A stretch of DNA of 64,000 nt from Nostoc sp. DedSLP01 (lineage in GTDB: Bacteria; Cyanobacteriota; Cyanobacteriia; Cyanobacteriales; Nostocaceae): the NCBI GenBank assembly GCA_034530875.2, contig JAVRCJ020000014.1, positions 64,001-128,000 of the forward strand, read 5' to 3'. Position 1 is the first letter of the stretch. Each line of letters begins with the position of its first letter. The notes beneath the pieces were generated by a model. That model saw nothing but the letters and a program-made list of their open reading frames with translations, made no database searches and had not been told where the DNA came from. Made by a program: the position numbers and the translations under genes. Of the stretch, positions 27,411 to 37,961 are shown in pieces.

Positions 27411-29168
27411 CTACTTTTTATTTACCTGCAACCAAATCTCTAAACTTACCAACAACCAAAGTTTAACACCATAACGTCCCCAAATATCGCCTTTATAATC
27501 TAGCCAGTTATGTAGTAAAGACTGATTTAAATAAGACGCGATCGCACTTTTTTTATCTAACAATAATTTTCTCGCTTCTCGTTGCCAATACTTGCGAAAT
27601 CCCAAGTGTACGGGTACCATCATCCCGCTTTTAGGACGATGAATAATTGCTTGTGGTAAAATATCAGCCACGGCTTGTTTGAGTACTGCTTTTTCTTCAA
27701 CTCCAGAAAGCTTATATTTTGGAGGAATTTGCATACTCAAGTCTACAACTCGCTGGTCAAAAAGTGGCGATCGCCCATGTAAATCTGCTGCTTGCGTTAA
27801 GTTATTTACCTTTGTCAAAATGTGATCGGCTCCCTTAAATTTAATATTCAATGCCATCAATCTATTTAAATAACTTACATGAGAATTTAAATCAGTCGAA
27901 AATACAGACGGTTCTGTTTCAACTGCTGCCCAAACTTCTGATTTAAAAAGTTGCGGTAAATCTAAGGCAGATTTTTGAAAAGCAATGAGATATGCTTGTA
28001 AAGAATCTTGATTATTAATTGAACCATATAAGCTATTAATTAGCATCGGCTGATTTTTTGGGCCGCCAAAACAGGGGTCGCCACCTTCACCATTGAGGAT
28101 AACTTGTACATCTCGCCGTGCCATTTTTCCTAAAAGAAAATTTGGTACTGTTAGCGGATCGCCAATCGGATCGTCAAGATACGCCATTGTTTCTGGTAGG
28201 CGTTCCCACATATCTTTAAAAGTAATTTCTAGAATGTGGTGTTGAGTTTGACAATGTTCGGCAACCAAACTAGAAAATTCTAATTCATTGGGACATTCAG
28301 CACCAAAATGAATTGAGTAAGTATGGACTGGTAAATAATGAAATTGTGCTGCTAAAGCGGTGATACTGCTAGAGTCTAAACCACCAGAAAGGAAAACACC
28401 AACAGGCGCATTTTGGGGTAAGTATTCTCGAACAACTCTATTTAATAAAGAACGCAACTGTTCGCCATGCCATACTAAAGATTCATTCTCCCCTGTAATC
28501 TGCTGTTGCAATTCCCAGTAAGTATTAATTTTCTCTGAAGGCATTTCGATAACAGTTCCCGGACGCACTTCTCGCACCTGTTCCCAAAGCGTGCGTTCTC
28601 CCGGTACAAAGGCGCAACAGAGATAATCCCGCAACGCCACCAAATCGACATCGTTTGTACGATAAGATGCAAGCGATCGCATTTTTGGCGCGGCGGCGCG
28701 AATTGCACCAGTATTAGTGTAATAGAGAGTCCGGCTACCAATGCGATCGCGTCCCAGCCATAATATTTGCCGTTGGCGATCCCAAACCACTAACCCAAAC
28801 ATTCCCACCAAAAATTTCAGAGATTCGCAACCAAATTTTTCCCAAAGTTCAGCAATCAATTGACAATTGTTTTGAGAAAAATTATTGGCATCGGCTCCTA
28901 ATTTTTGTAGCAACTCCAGTCTATTACTTAACCAAACATCTCCAACAACCACAAATTTTTCGCTGCGACTGATGGCAAATTGTTCTGTAGTCAGTGCAGA
29001 AATCACTGCAAAATTGTCATCTCGCCAGACTACATCTGCTGTTAAATTATTTACTTTTCCCCAAACTACATACCAGCTAGAAGGAACTTTTATAGATGAA
29101 ATCGTAGATTGAGAATTTTTGAAAATATTGAATAACATAGTGATTACATCGGTAATGATTTGAAACAA
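27411..29168 (-). CDS. Asparagine synthetase B-like amidotransferase family protein (start uncertain)
   Basis: RDRIG, LSGGLDSS, GEGGD, RSPLFD and RPKSG motifs. Confidence 0.88.
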   Translation of the reverse strand: MFQIITDVITMLFNIFKNSQSTISSIKVPSSWYVVWGKVNNLTADVVWRDDNFAVISALTTEQFAISRSEKFVVVGDVWLSNRLELLQKLGADANNFSQNNCQLIAELWEKFGCESLKFLVGMFGLVVWDRQRQILWLGRDRIGSRTLYYTNTGAIRAAAPKMRSLASYRTNDVDLVALRDYLCCAFVPGERTLWEQVREVRPGTVIEMPSEKINTYWELQQQITGENESLVWHGEQLRSLLNRVVREYLPQNAPVGVFLSGGLDSSSITALAAQFHYLPVHTYSIHFGAECPNELEFSSLVAEHCQTQHHILEITFKDMWERLPETMAYLDDPIGDPLTVPNFLLGKMARRDVQVILNGEGGDPCFGGPKNQPMLINSLYGSINNQDSLQAYLIAFQKSALDLPQLFKSEVWAAVETEPSVFSTDLNSHVSYLNRLMALNIKFKGADHILTKVNNLTQAADLHGRSPLFDQRVVDLSMQIPPKYKLSGVEEKAVLKQAVADILPQAIIHRPKSGMMVPVHLGFRKYWQREARKLLLDKKSAIASYLNQSLLHNWLDYKGDIWGRYGVKLWLLVSLEIWLQVNKK

Positions 29169-29175
29169 TTAATTA

Positions 29176-29503
29176 AGAGGATGTTTGAAAAGTCCTCTTA
29201 TTGGTAACAAAACGCTTTAGATCCCCCTAAATCACCCTTAAAAAGGGGGACTTTGATTCTGGTTCCCCCCTTAAAAAGCTACCGTGTACACACAAGTTAT
29301 CGAATCACTACCAGTCCTTTCTTTACCCCACCCTAACCCTCCCCTTATAAAGGGGAGGGAACGAGATTCTCTTGTTTCCCCCCTTTATAAGGGGGGATTC
29401 AGGGGGGTAATTGGACTTGTGTTTACACCGCAGCTTTTTAAGGGGGTTAGAGGAGATCGATAAATGCTTGAAATTACAGCCAACCACTTTTCAAACAACC
29501 TCT
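29176..29503. mobile_element. Nested MITE/palindrome composite
   Basis: Outer TIR agaggatgtttgaaaagt / acttttcaaacaacctct; inner TIR ctaccgtgtacacacaagtt (29279) / gacttgtgtttacaccgcag (29433); GC-run hairpins. Confidence 0.75.
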
Positions 29504-29613
29504 AAGAGGGAACAGAAAAATCCTCATAATTAAAATTAGTAACGTACTGTCAAAAAATTAGGGTGCGTTGCGCTTGGCGACAACACACCCTACATGAATT
29601 TTTTGGCTGAATG

Positions 29614-29835
29614 TTAAGTTTTTGGTTTAATATAAGCGATCGCTTGTTTCCAAACAGTAGTTTGCTCGCTGTTTTCATTAACAATGCATACACAATGCGG
29701 GTCTTGCCATAAAACCCTGCCAGCGATGATATCGCCAGTCAGCAACTTAAACTCTGCTGGCATTGCTTGTTTAATCAGGCTTTGAACTTGTTTAATACTA
29801 GGCAAAGAGGTGTCAAATTCAGTAATCATAGTCAT
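29614..29835 (-). CDS. hfq: Cyanobacterial Hfq homologue
   Basis: LPSIKQVQ...KLLTGD..GRVLWQD...WKQAIAYI; adjacent to dapF. Confidence 0.88.
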   Translation of the reverse strand: MTMITEFDTSLPSIKQVQSLIKQAMPAEFKLLTGDIIAGRVLWQDPHCVCIVNENSEQTTVWKQAIAYIKPKT

Positions 29836-29961
29836 TAGTCATTGAATATTGGACATTGGGCATTGGGCATCGGGCATTGGGCATTGGTTATTTACTAATG
29901 ACTAATGACTAATGACTAATTACCAATGAGAAAACACAAATATAATTTATTGATTTTGGAA

Positions 29962-30807
29962 ATGGCAATCGAATTTACTAAGTATCACGGTCTAGGCAAC
30001 GACTTTATTCTGATTGACAATCGCTCGTCATCTCTGCCTGTAGTGACTCCAGAGCAAGCCGTCAAGTTGTGCGATCGCCATTTTGGTATCGGTGCTGATG
30101 GTGTTATTTTTGCCTTACCTGGAGAAAACGGCACTGACTACACGATGCGGATTTTCAATTCCGACGGCTCAGAACCGGAAATGTGTGGAAATGGTATTCG
30201 CTGTTTAGCTGCGTTTTTGGCAGAAATCTCGGAGTCTTCATCTTCTGAATCTTCCATCACATATCGGATTCATACCCTGGCTGGTACGATTACGCCCCAA
30301 ATTCTACCTAATGGTCAAGTAAAGGTGGATATGGGTTTGCCCAGGTTACTTGCTGCTGAAATTCCTACTACCCTCGCACCTGCGGAAGAAAAAGTTATTA
30401 ATCGGCCTTTAGAAGTAGCAGGGCAAACTTGGGAAGTGACTTGTGTCAGTATGGGAAATCCCCACTGCATTACCTTTGTGGAAGATGTCGCCGCCATTGA
30501 GCTAGAAACTATAGGTCCCAAATTTGAGCATCACCCGGCTTTTCCCCAACGGACAAATACTGAATTTATTCAAATAGTGCGCCGTGACTATCTGAAAATG
30601 CGCGTGTGGGAACGGGGCGCTGGAATTACCTTGGCTTGCGGTACTGGTGCTTGCGCTTCCTTGGTGGCTGGCGTGTTGACTGGAAAATGCGATCGCAATG
30701 CCACTGTAGAATTACCAGGCGGGCCGCTACAAATTGAATGGTCACAAAGCGATGGACGAGTTTACATGACAGGCCCAGCCGATCGGGTATTCACGGGTAA
30801 ACTATAA
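29962..30807 (+). CDS. dapF: Diaminopimelate epimerase
   Basis: [17 protein letters not shown] and [13 protein letters not shown] motifs. Confidence 0.96.
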   Translation: MAIEFTKYHGLGNDFILIDNRSSSLPVVTPEQAVKLCDRHFGIGADGVIFALPGENGTDYTMRIFNSDGSEPEMCGNGIRCLAAFLAEISESSSSESSITYRIHTLAGTITPQILPNGQVKVDMGLPRLLAAEIPTTLAPAEEKVINRPLEVAGQTWEVTCVSMGNPHCITFVEDVAAIELETIGPKFEHHPAFPQRTNTEFIQIVRRDYLKMRVWERGAGITLACGTGACASLVAGVLTGKCDRNATVELPGGPLQIEWSQSDGRVYMTGPADRVFTGKL

Positions 30808-31468
30808 CTGATTTACTATTGGCATTACTTAGATAGTAGTGCCATAGAAGTCTAGCACCGATCGCTCGCCACGGACTCCAATGCTGTGTCATTGCTTCTA
30901 ATTCTGCTGGTGTGGGACGTGTCGCCAATCCCTTAAGCTTTTGTAAAGCGATCGCTAATCCTAAATCGCCCTTAGGAAAGACATCAGGACGTTGCAGCGC
31001 CATCAGCAAATAAATATCAACTGTCCAGTCTCCAATACCTTTAAGGCGTTTTAACTCAGTTCTGATAGCAGTGTCGTCCATTGTTGAGAGCTTGCTGAGG
31101 TCAAGCTGACCGCTGGCGATCGCATTTGCCAACCCACGACAGTATAAAATCTTTTGCCGACTGAATCCAATTACTTTTAATTGAGCATCATCCAATGTCA
31201 AAAAATTTTCTGGTGTTAACGTTGGCACAACACTACAAAGCCTTGTAAATACCGCCAAGGCAGCTGCTAAGGAAACTTGTTGTTCTAAAATTATACGCAC
31301 AAGAGTTGGAAAGCCAGGTTCTCTATGCCATATCGGGGGAGGCCCCAGTGCTTCTAAAATCCGAGCCAAATCCTTGTCAAGATTAGCAAGCACTATCAAA
31401 CCGCGGGTTAAATTTTCTTCAGTCAGTGATTCTATTTCAGGTCTTTGAGTCATTTTGAAAAATATCAC
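30791..31468 (-). CDS. DNA-3-methyladenine glycosylase II (AlkA-like, HhH-GPD)
   Basis: [15 protein letters not shown] and PKGDLG motifs. Confidence 0.9.
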   Translation of the reverse strand: MIFFKMTQRPEIESLTEENLTRGLIVLANLDKDLARILEALGPPPIWHREPGFPTLVRIILEQQVSLAAALAVFTRLCSVVPTLTPENFLTLDDAQLKVIGFSRQKILYCRGLANAIASGQLDLSKLSTMDDTAIRTELKRLKGIGDWTVDIYLLMALQRPDVFPKGDLGLAIALQKLKGLATRPTPAELEAMTQHWSPWRAIGARLLWHYYLSNANSKSVIVYP

Positions 31469-32343
31469 TTATGGTTAAAATCTCTGTGCTTTAGAGCTTT
31501 ACCATGTCCCCGCACTCCTACTTTTCGATATAGTTTTTCACCTTTAACAATCTCTTCATATTGCTGCTCGTAGGGAGTGAATCTAATAGATTCTTGTCTT
31601 CCTAGACCCAAGATACCAAAGGTACAAAGGCTATTATAAAATAGTTCGTGTACGCGTTTTTGGAGTATTTGGTTGAAATATATCAAGACATTACGACAAA
31701 GGATGACATTAAACTCATTAAATGAACTGTCTGTGGCTAAATTATGCTGAGCAAAAACAATATTTTCTCTTAATGATGCTCTAAAAATAGCATTGTCATA
31801 AGCTGCCGTATAATATTCAGAAAAAGACCTTTTACCACCTGCTTTTAGGTAAAGGTGAGTGTATTCCTGCATTAACTTTAGGGGAAAAATACCACTTTTG
31901 GCATTTTGTAATACTTTCTCGTTAGTATCAGTAGCATATATGCGACAACGGTGATAAAGTCCTTCTTCTTCGAGTAAAATTGCCATTGAATAAACTTCTT
32001 CACCTGTAGAACATCCAGCGTGCCAGATACGAATAAATGGATAGGTTTGCAAGAATGGGATAACTTGACTTCTAAAGGCGTTGTAAAAGCTGGGATCCCT
32101 GAACATTGAGGTGACATTCACGGTTAAAGCCAGCAAAAATCTTTCTAAATAATTAGGATTGTGGAGTAACTTCTCTTGTAAGGCAGAAATGTTGGGTAAT
32201 TCTTCCAAGTACATAAAGCTCAGAATCCGCCGTTTAATGGAAGAAAGAGCGTAGTTCCGGAAGTCATAGCCATAGTATTGATACACTCCTTCCAAGAGTA
32301 AATATATTTCGATGTCATCCAAGCTAGGTTTGGGCAAAGTCAT
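31465..32343 (-). CDS. cheR: CheR-type protein-glutamate methyltransferase
   Basis: RIWHAGCSTGEEVYS and CRNVLIYF motifs. Confidence 0.93.
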   Translation of the reverse strand: MTLPKPSLDDIEIYLLLEGVYQYYGYDFRNYALSSIKRRILSFMYLEELPNISALQEKLLHNPNYLERFLLALTVNVTSMFRDPSFYNAFRSQVIPFLQTYPFIRIWHAGCSTGEEVYSMAILLEEEGLYHRCRIYATDTNEKVLQNAKSGIFPLKLMQEYTHLYLKAGGKRSFSEYYTAAYDNAIFRASLRENIVFAQHNLATDSSFNEFNVILCRNVLIYFNQILQKRVHELFYNSLCTFGILGLGRQESIRFTPYEQQYEEIVKGEKLYRKVGVRGHGKALKHRDFNHK

Positions 32344-32657
32344 AATAATTCACAATTCGTAATTATTACCTCATGCATAAATAGGCTTGTTGAATAAATA
32401 CTGCTGTAATTGTCGGAATTTCAATGATTAAAATTTTCCGCTGACAGGTTTTCGATAACCCAGCTAAATCTTATTTTAAAAATAGATTTATAAATTGACG
32501 AAATTTTAAATTTGATACTGTTGCTCGGTAAGCTAAAACAATAAAGTTAGTCTCAACTTGAGTTGTCAGAATTCAGCACTCTAAAGCCATTACCAATATT
32601 GGATATATGGACTTTATGTATTCAGAATTCTGGATTCTGAAATCTGAATTCTGACTT

Positions 32658-33182
32658 TTAGTTTAACCAAGTGGCTGTTACTCCTAAAACAGCGATCGCA
32701 ATTATTGAGATTCCAGCTAGCCATCGGACTTGATAACGCAGATTTTTAATTTCTTGGTTGAGAGTTTCAGTTTCTCGCGTGGAATATGGTTGAACTGGTG
32801 CAATATCGATCGCTACTTCTTGGGGTTTAGCTGGAATAGTTCCAAAAGTTACCTGAGAATGCAGCCAATCAGCAATTAGTTGCGGACAGTTCTTTTTAAA
32901 CCAATTGAAAGCCAAGATTCTAAAAACTGGTTTAGAGACGCGGGCAATTAATTTCATCAACCTGTTTACAGGTTTGATGCGAAGCTTCTTATTGATTAAG
33001 TTAACCGAACCAACATCATAGAGACAATCCAGAATTAATTTGACAGTTGCCTCTTCACTATTAATCAAGTTTTGCAGTAATAGCAAAACATCGTGCATAC
33101 GCTCTGCTTCAATATATTTTTCTCCCAATATTTCTGGAGGAATTACTGATGCATTTAAGGATTTTTTTCTTACTATTGTCAT
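32658..33182 (-). CDS. Hypothetical protein with C-terminal TM helix
   Basis: LYDVGSVNLIN...WFKKNCPQLI; hydrophobic C-terminus. Confidence 0.8.
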   Translation of the reverse strand: MTIVRKKSLNASVIPPEILGEKYIEAERMHDVLLLLQNLINSEEATVKLILDCLYDVGSVNLINKKLRIKPVNRLMKLIARVSKPVFRILAFNWFKKNCPQLIADWLHSQVTFGTIPAKPQEVAIDIAPVQPYSTRETETLNQEIKNLRYQVRWLAGISIIAIAVLGVTATWLN

Positions 33183-33399
33183 ATTAAAAACGTAACATTT
33201 GAGTTAATTTCAGTACAACTATCTACCGAAATAAATAACTTTTATCTAGAGAAATAAGGCCAAAACTTGTACGAAACAGTACTTTTTTTTCTAAAGATAG
33301 AAGTTCTATAGCTTATTTTATTACTTAAGTGAATTTCCTGTCATTGATATTGTTTTGACCAAAGCCCCTTCGGGGTGGGTGTAGGGGGAAGACAAGCCC

Positions 33400-33594
33400 C
33401 ATTGGTGTCAACTTCAGCTCAAATGCTTATCCCACAGGCGTTTTACCCCACCCCTCAATCCCCTCCCCTTGCTAAGGGGAGGGGAGGTTTTGCGTCAGCA
33501 AAGCCGGGGTAGGGTAACGCGGATCTTGATGGTAAGTGAGTAGAACTCGCTCATCACGTTTTTATCAGGGTTTCACGTTAAGTTGACACCAATG
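33400..33594. mobile_element. MITE with 15-bp TIRs and perfect 9-bp target duplication
   Basis: cattggtgtcaactt / aagttgacaccaatg; TSD gacaagccc at 33391-33399 and 33595-33603. Confidence 0.88.
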
Positions 33595-33636
33595 GACAAG
33601 CCCCGAAGGGGCTTTGGCCACCAGTTCCCATTCCCC

Positions 33637-36600
33637 TCACCGATACAACCAAACCCTGAGCAGTGAAAGCAGTTGTTCGGTATCTACAGGTTTGGTAATG
33701 TAGTCAGAAGCTCCGGCTTCGATGCATTTTTCTCGATCGCCTGGCATGGCTTTGGCGGTTAAAGCAATTATCGGTAGGGAGCGAAATTGCCCTTGCTGGC
33801 GGATGGCGCGGGTAGTTTCGTAACCGTCCATTTCTGGCATCATGATGTCCATCAAAACGATGTTGATGTCGGGATTTGCTTGCAGCTTTTCAATGCCATC
33901 TCTGCCATTTTCGGCAAACAGCACTTCCATCTGATAGCTTTCTAAAAAGCTGGTGATGGCAAAGATATTTCGCAAATCATCATCAATAATCAAAATTTTG
34001 CGATTGGCTAGCACCGGGTCGGTTTGGTGTAGCTGTTCGAGGATTTGACGCTTTGGTGGTGGCAGATTTGCCTGGACGCGATGCAAAAATAAGGCAGTTT
34101 CGTCTAATAACCGTTCTGGCGATCGCACATTTTTGATAATAATTGTCTCTGCTAGTCCCCGCAGTTGGGTTTCTTCTTGGCGGCTGAGTTCTTTACCTGT
34201 ATAAACAATAATTGGCAGTTTCATCAGCCTGGGTTCTAGCTTGATTTGCTCGATCAGTGCAAATCCACTCATGTCGGGCAGACCCAAGTCCAGTACCATA
34301 CAATCAAAGTGCTGCGATCGCAATATCTCTAGTGCTTGTGCCCCCGTACCGACTGCTGTACTCTGGACATCGTTATTACCAATCAGTTCGATAATACTTT
34401 GGGCTTGTACGGGGTCATCTTCTACTATTAAAAGATTTTTTACCTGACGCTCGATAAAGCTTTTAATCTCAGTCAATACTTCATTTAAAGCTTCTGGAGA
34501 AACGGGTTTTTGCAAATAAGTAATTGCGCCTAGCTGCAATCCCCGTTGCTGTCTTTCATCCACAGAAAGGATATGCACTGGGATGTGTCTGGTGGCTGGG
34601 TTATGCTTGAGACGATCTAGCACTGACCAACCATCCATCTCTGGCATGTGGATATCTAGCATAATGGCATTTGGCACAAATTGTTGTGCCAGTGCTAGAC
34701 CTTGTTTGCTCTGTAAAGCGACAATTCCCTTAAAGCCCTGCTGACGCGCCATGTCTAGCAAGATGCGGGCGAATTTATCATCATCTTCGATAATCAGCAA
34801 AATGCGATCGCCCGATTGAACGATTTCGCGATCGTCTGGGATTTCGCTAACGCCAGAAACCACTTTTGTTTTTGGAGAAATGCTCTCAGAGCTACTCCGA
34901 CTGCCAATTGGTGACATTTTCGAGGTAGGCAAATTGGCAATATGTTTCCTCATTTCTCGATTGACTTCAACGCCACTTTGTGGCGTCTGTGGCTTTCCCA
35001 CCAACGGTAAGTAGAGAGTGAAAGTACTTCCTTGGTTTGGTTGGCTGATTAATTCAATCCTTCCTCCCAGAAGTTGAGCTAGTTCGCGGCTGATGGACAA
35101 GCCTAAGCCAGTACCGCCGTACCTGCGGCTAGTAGTGCCATCTGCCTGCTGAAATGCCTCGAAAATAATTTTCTGCTTCTCGACTGGAATGCCAATTCCC
35201 GTATCGCTGACTGCAAAAGCGATCGCTGGCGCATCGATTGGATTTGGTTGAGGTGCTGTACTAATTTGTAACTTCACGCCTCCGCGTTCGGTAAATTTAA
35301 AGGCGTTAGCTAAAAGATTTTTTAATACTTGTTGCAGGCGTTTGGAGTCAGTAGAAATTACCAAGGGTAAATTGTCGTCGAGTTCAACAGCAAAACTCAG
35401 TTTTTGATTCTCAGCAACTTGATGAAAAGTTTGCTCTATAGATGTGCGCAAATCTGTAAAAGCAATTTGCTCAATCTCTAGAGACATAGTACCCGACTCA
35501 ATTTTTGCTAAATCTAAAATGTCATTGATTAATTCCAATAGATCGGTTCCAGCAGAGTAAATTGTGCGGCTGTACTCTACCTGTTTCTCAGTTAAATTGT
35601 TTAAAGGATTATCTGCCAGTAGCCGAGCTAAAATTAACAAGCTATTTAGCGGTGTCCGTAACTCATGGGACATGTTGGCTAAAAATTCTGATTTATATTT
35701 GGAAGATAATGCCAGCTGGTCGGCTTTTTCTTGTAATGACTGCCTCGATCGCTCAATCTCTTGGTTTTTGCGTGCAACTTCTTGATTTTGGTTTTCTAAG
35801 AGTTCTGCTTTTTCTTCTAGTTCTTCGTTGAGTTGCTGTAATTCTTCGTTAGATTGCTTGACAAGGAATTGCGATTCCTGCAATTCGTGGGCTTGTTGTT
35901 CTAAGAGTAGATTGCTTTTTTGTAATTCTTCTTGCTGGCTTTGCAGTTCTTCTGTCAAAGCAACAGATTCGGCAAGTAGTTGTTGAGTTTGTAATTGTGA
36001 GGCGATGTTATTTAAAAATACACCTAAAATTCCACTCAATTGCTCTAGAAATGCTAGATGTAACTCGCTAAAAGGTGCAAAAGAAGCAAGTTCAATTACC
36101 GCATTTACTCGCTCTTCAAATAATATCGGCAATACAATAATATTTAACGGTGGCGCTTCTCCCAAACCGGAACTGATGCGAATATAGTCGCTGGGAACTT
36201 TCGTTAACAGGATTCTTTGTTTTTCTAGGGCGCATTGTCCTACCAATCCCTCGCCCAAACGAAACTCATTTGCTAAGTTTTTACGCTCTTTGTAAGCATA
36301 ACTACCCAACAATTTCAGTACTGACTCATCGTTGATTGATTCGATGACATAAAATACACCGTGAGCTGCCCCAACTAGCGGCGCTAAATTCGACAAAATT
36401 GTGTCAGACACACTTTTGAGATTTCGCTGCCCTTGAAGCATCTGGGTAAATTCAGCCAAATTAGATTTGAGCCAGTTTTGTTCGTCATTTTTTTGAGTTG
36501 TGTTTCGCAGATTGACGATCATCTGGTTGAAAGTCCGCTTTAGCACGCCAATTTCGTCTTGGCGATCGCTAGTTGGTAAATTGACTGATAAATCGCCGTC

Positions 36601-37275
36601 TGCTACCTGTTGGACTAGATCGGAAACTCGCTTCAGGGGTAGTGAAATGTGCCTGGTAAGGATAATTCCAATCAAAGCCAAGATCAGACCAAATAGAGGA
36701 ATACTATAAACAATTGTGGCGATAGTTTGCTCGGCAGCGGCCTGTGCGTTTCCAGAACGCTGCTTTAGAAGTAGATTTTCCTCGTTTTTCATCTCCTGGA
36801 TCAGCTTCTGGATGCGATCCATTAGCTGCTTACCCTCATCAGTGAGAATAGCTTGCTCCGCAACTTCAAAACCCTGCTTTTGCCGTAGCTCGATCACATT
36901 TGTCATTACAGCCATTCTCTGAGCTACAAGTGGCTGTAACATTTCCAGCCGATTTTGTTGGTTGCGGTTATCTGCTATTAAATTCTGAAGTTCCTTGATT
37001 TTTTCATTTAGTGTTTGCGTGGCAGCGTTATAAGGTTCTAAATAACGTTGTTCTCCAGTAATAATGTAACCCCGTTGCCCAGTTTCAGCATTTGTTAGTT
37101 GTAAGTTGAGATCTTCAAGCTCAGCTAACACTTGATAAGTATGGTTTTCTTTGCGCGAAGCTTCAATTAATTCTTTGGTACTTTGATAGGAGATTAGACC
37201 AATGGAGGTGAGAATTGCTAAGCTCAAGGCAAAACCTGCTCCAATTTTGGTTCCAATCTTCAAACGGTTCAACAT
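33637..37275 (-). CDS. Hybrid histidine kinase CHASE3-HAMP-GAF-HisKA-HATPase with three receiver domains
   Basis: AETGQRGY (CHASE3), SHELRTPL, GGTGLGL; three REC domains. Confidence 0.95.
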   Translation of the reverse strand: MLNRLKIGTKIGAGFALSLAILTSIGLISYQSTKELIEASRKENHTYQVLAELEDLNLQLTNAETGQRGYIITGEQRYLEPYNAATQTLNEKIKELQNLIADNRNQQNRLEMLQPLVAQRMAVMTNVIELRQKQGFEVAEQAILTDEGKQLMDRIQKLIQEMKNEENLLLKQRSGNAQAAAEQTIATIVYSIPLFGLILALIGIILTRHISLPLKRVSDLVQQVADGDLSVNLPTSDRQDEIGVLKRTFNQMIVNLRNTTQKNDEQNWLKSNLAEFTQMLQGQRNLKSVSDTILSNLAPLVGAAHGVFYVIESINDESVLKLLGSYAYKERKNLANEFRLGEGLVGQCALEKQRILLTKVPSDYIRISSGLGEAPPLNIIVLPILFEERVNAVIELASFAPFSELHLAFLEQLSGILGVFLNNIASQLQTQQLLAESVALTEELQSQQEELQKSNLLLEQQAHELQESQFLVKQSNEELQQLNEELEEKAELLENQNQEVARKNQEIERSRQSLQEKADQLALSSKYKSEFLANMSHELRTPLNSLLILARLLADNPLNNLTEKQVEYSRTIYSAGTDLLELINDILDLAKIESGTMSLEIEQIAFTDLRTSIEQTFHQVAENQKLSFAVELDDNLPLVISTDSKRLQQVLKNLLANAFKFTERGGVKLQISTAPQPNPIDAPAIAFAVSDTGIGIPVEKQKIIFEAFQQADGTTSRRYGGTGLGLSISRELAQLLGGRIELISQPNQGSTFTLYLPLVGKPQTPQSGVEVNREMRKHIANLPTSKMSPIGSRSSSESISPKTKVVSGVSEIPDDREIVQSGDRILLIIEDDDKFARILLDMARQQGFKGIVALQSKQGLALAQQFVPNAIMLDIHMPEMDGWSVLDRLKHNPATRHIPVHILSVDERQQRGLQLGAITYLQKPVSPEALNEVLTEIKSFIERQVKNLLIVEDDPVQAQSIIELIGNNDVQSTAVGTGAQALEILRSQHFDCMVLDLGLPDMSGFALIEQIKLEPRLMKLPIIVYTGKELSRQEETQLRGLAETIIIKNVRSPERLLDETALFLHRVQANLPPPKRQILEQLHQTDPVLANRKILIIDDDLRNIFAITSFLESYQMEVLFAENGRDGIEKLQANPDINIVLMDIMMPEMDGYETTRAIRQQGQFRSLPIIALTAKAMPGDREKCIEAGASDYITKPVDTEQLLSLLRVWLYR

Positions 37276-37614
37276 TGTTTCAGACAGTTAATTTCAATTA
37301 TTTCTGTTGGTGTTGCCAATATTGTGAGAATTTTTCATCTCTCCAAATCATAAAACTGACTGGGAATTGCTTAAATTTGAATGTGTCTATTTTGAGAAAA
37401 TTATAAGATTTTTTAATATTTGTAGCATTTTTTATATTTCTTTATCTTCAAACTTTAATAATTAGTTTTTAAGATTACAGATCGTTTAAGCCTGGAGATA
37501 GTATAACTTATTTCCCAAGCTCCAACTACAGAATTTTTTAATTGAATCTCACGGGGGATTATCAAATTAGGCTAATGCAAGTATAAATTGAATATCTAAC
37601 TATTAATAAAAAAG

Positions 37615-37857
37615 GTGATTTTTATGAGTACAGTAATTGACTTTGCCAGACCGAAATTTCGTCAAGGACAAAAAGTAGAATTTCTTGGTGGATGGGGAAC
37701 TATAATACAATGCTGCCGTAACTCTGGACATTGGTCGTATCTTGTGGAAATGGCAATGGGTGCGGAACCAGAAATGGGTCGGATTGGTTATGAAACCACT
37801 ATTTTACTATTTGAAACAGATATTGCATTACTTGAAGACTATCCTTTTGCAGCTTAG
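37615..37857 (+). CDS. Small hypothetical protein
   Basis: PKFRQGQKV...WSYLVEM...GRIGYETTI; SH3/KOW-like pattern. Confidence 0.7.
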   Translation: MIFMSTVIDFARPKFRQGQKVEFLGGWGTIIQCCRNSGHWSYLVEMAMGAEPEMGRIGYETTILLFETDIALLEDYPFAA

Positions 37858-37961
37858 AATTTTAGATAATATTATTCGTTTACAAGCTTTAGCTCCCCGA
37901 TTTCCTTAAGAAATCGGGGAACTAGATATATTAAATTTGACATTTTGCTAGAGACTATGAA

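Noticed and set aside
27411..29168. Lasso peptide gene cluster
   Set aside because: No precursor peptide, B1/B2 (PqqD or transglutaminase-like) genes or exporter are adjacent.
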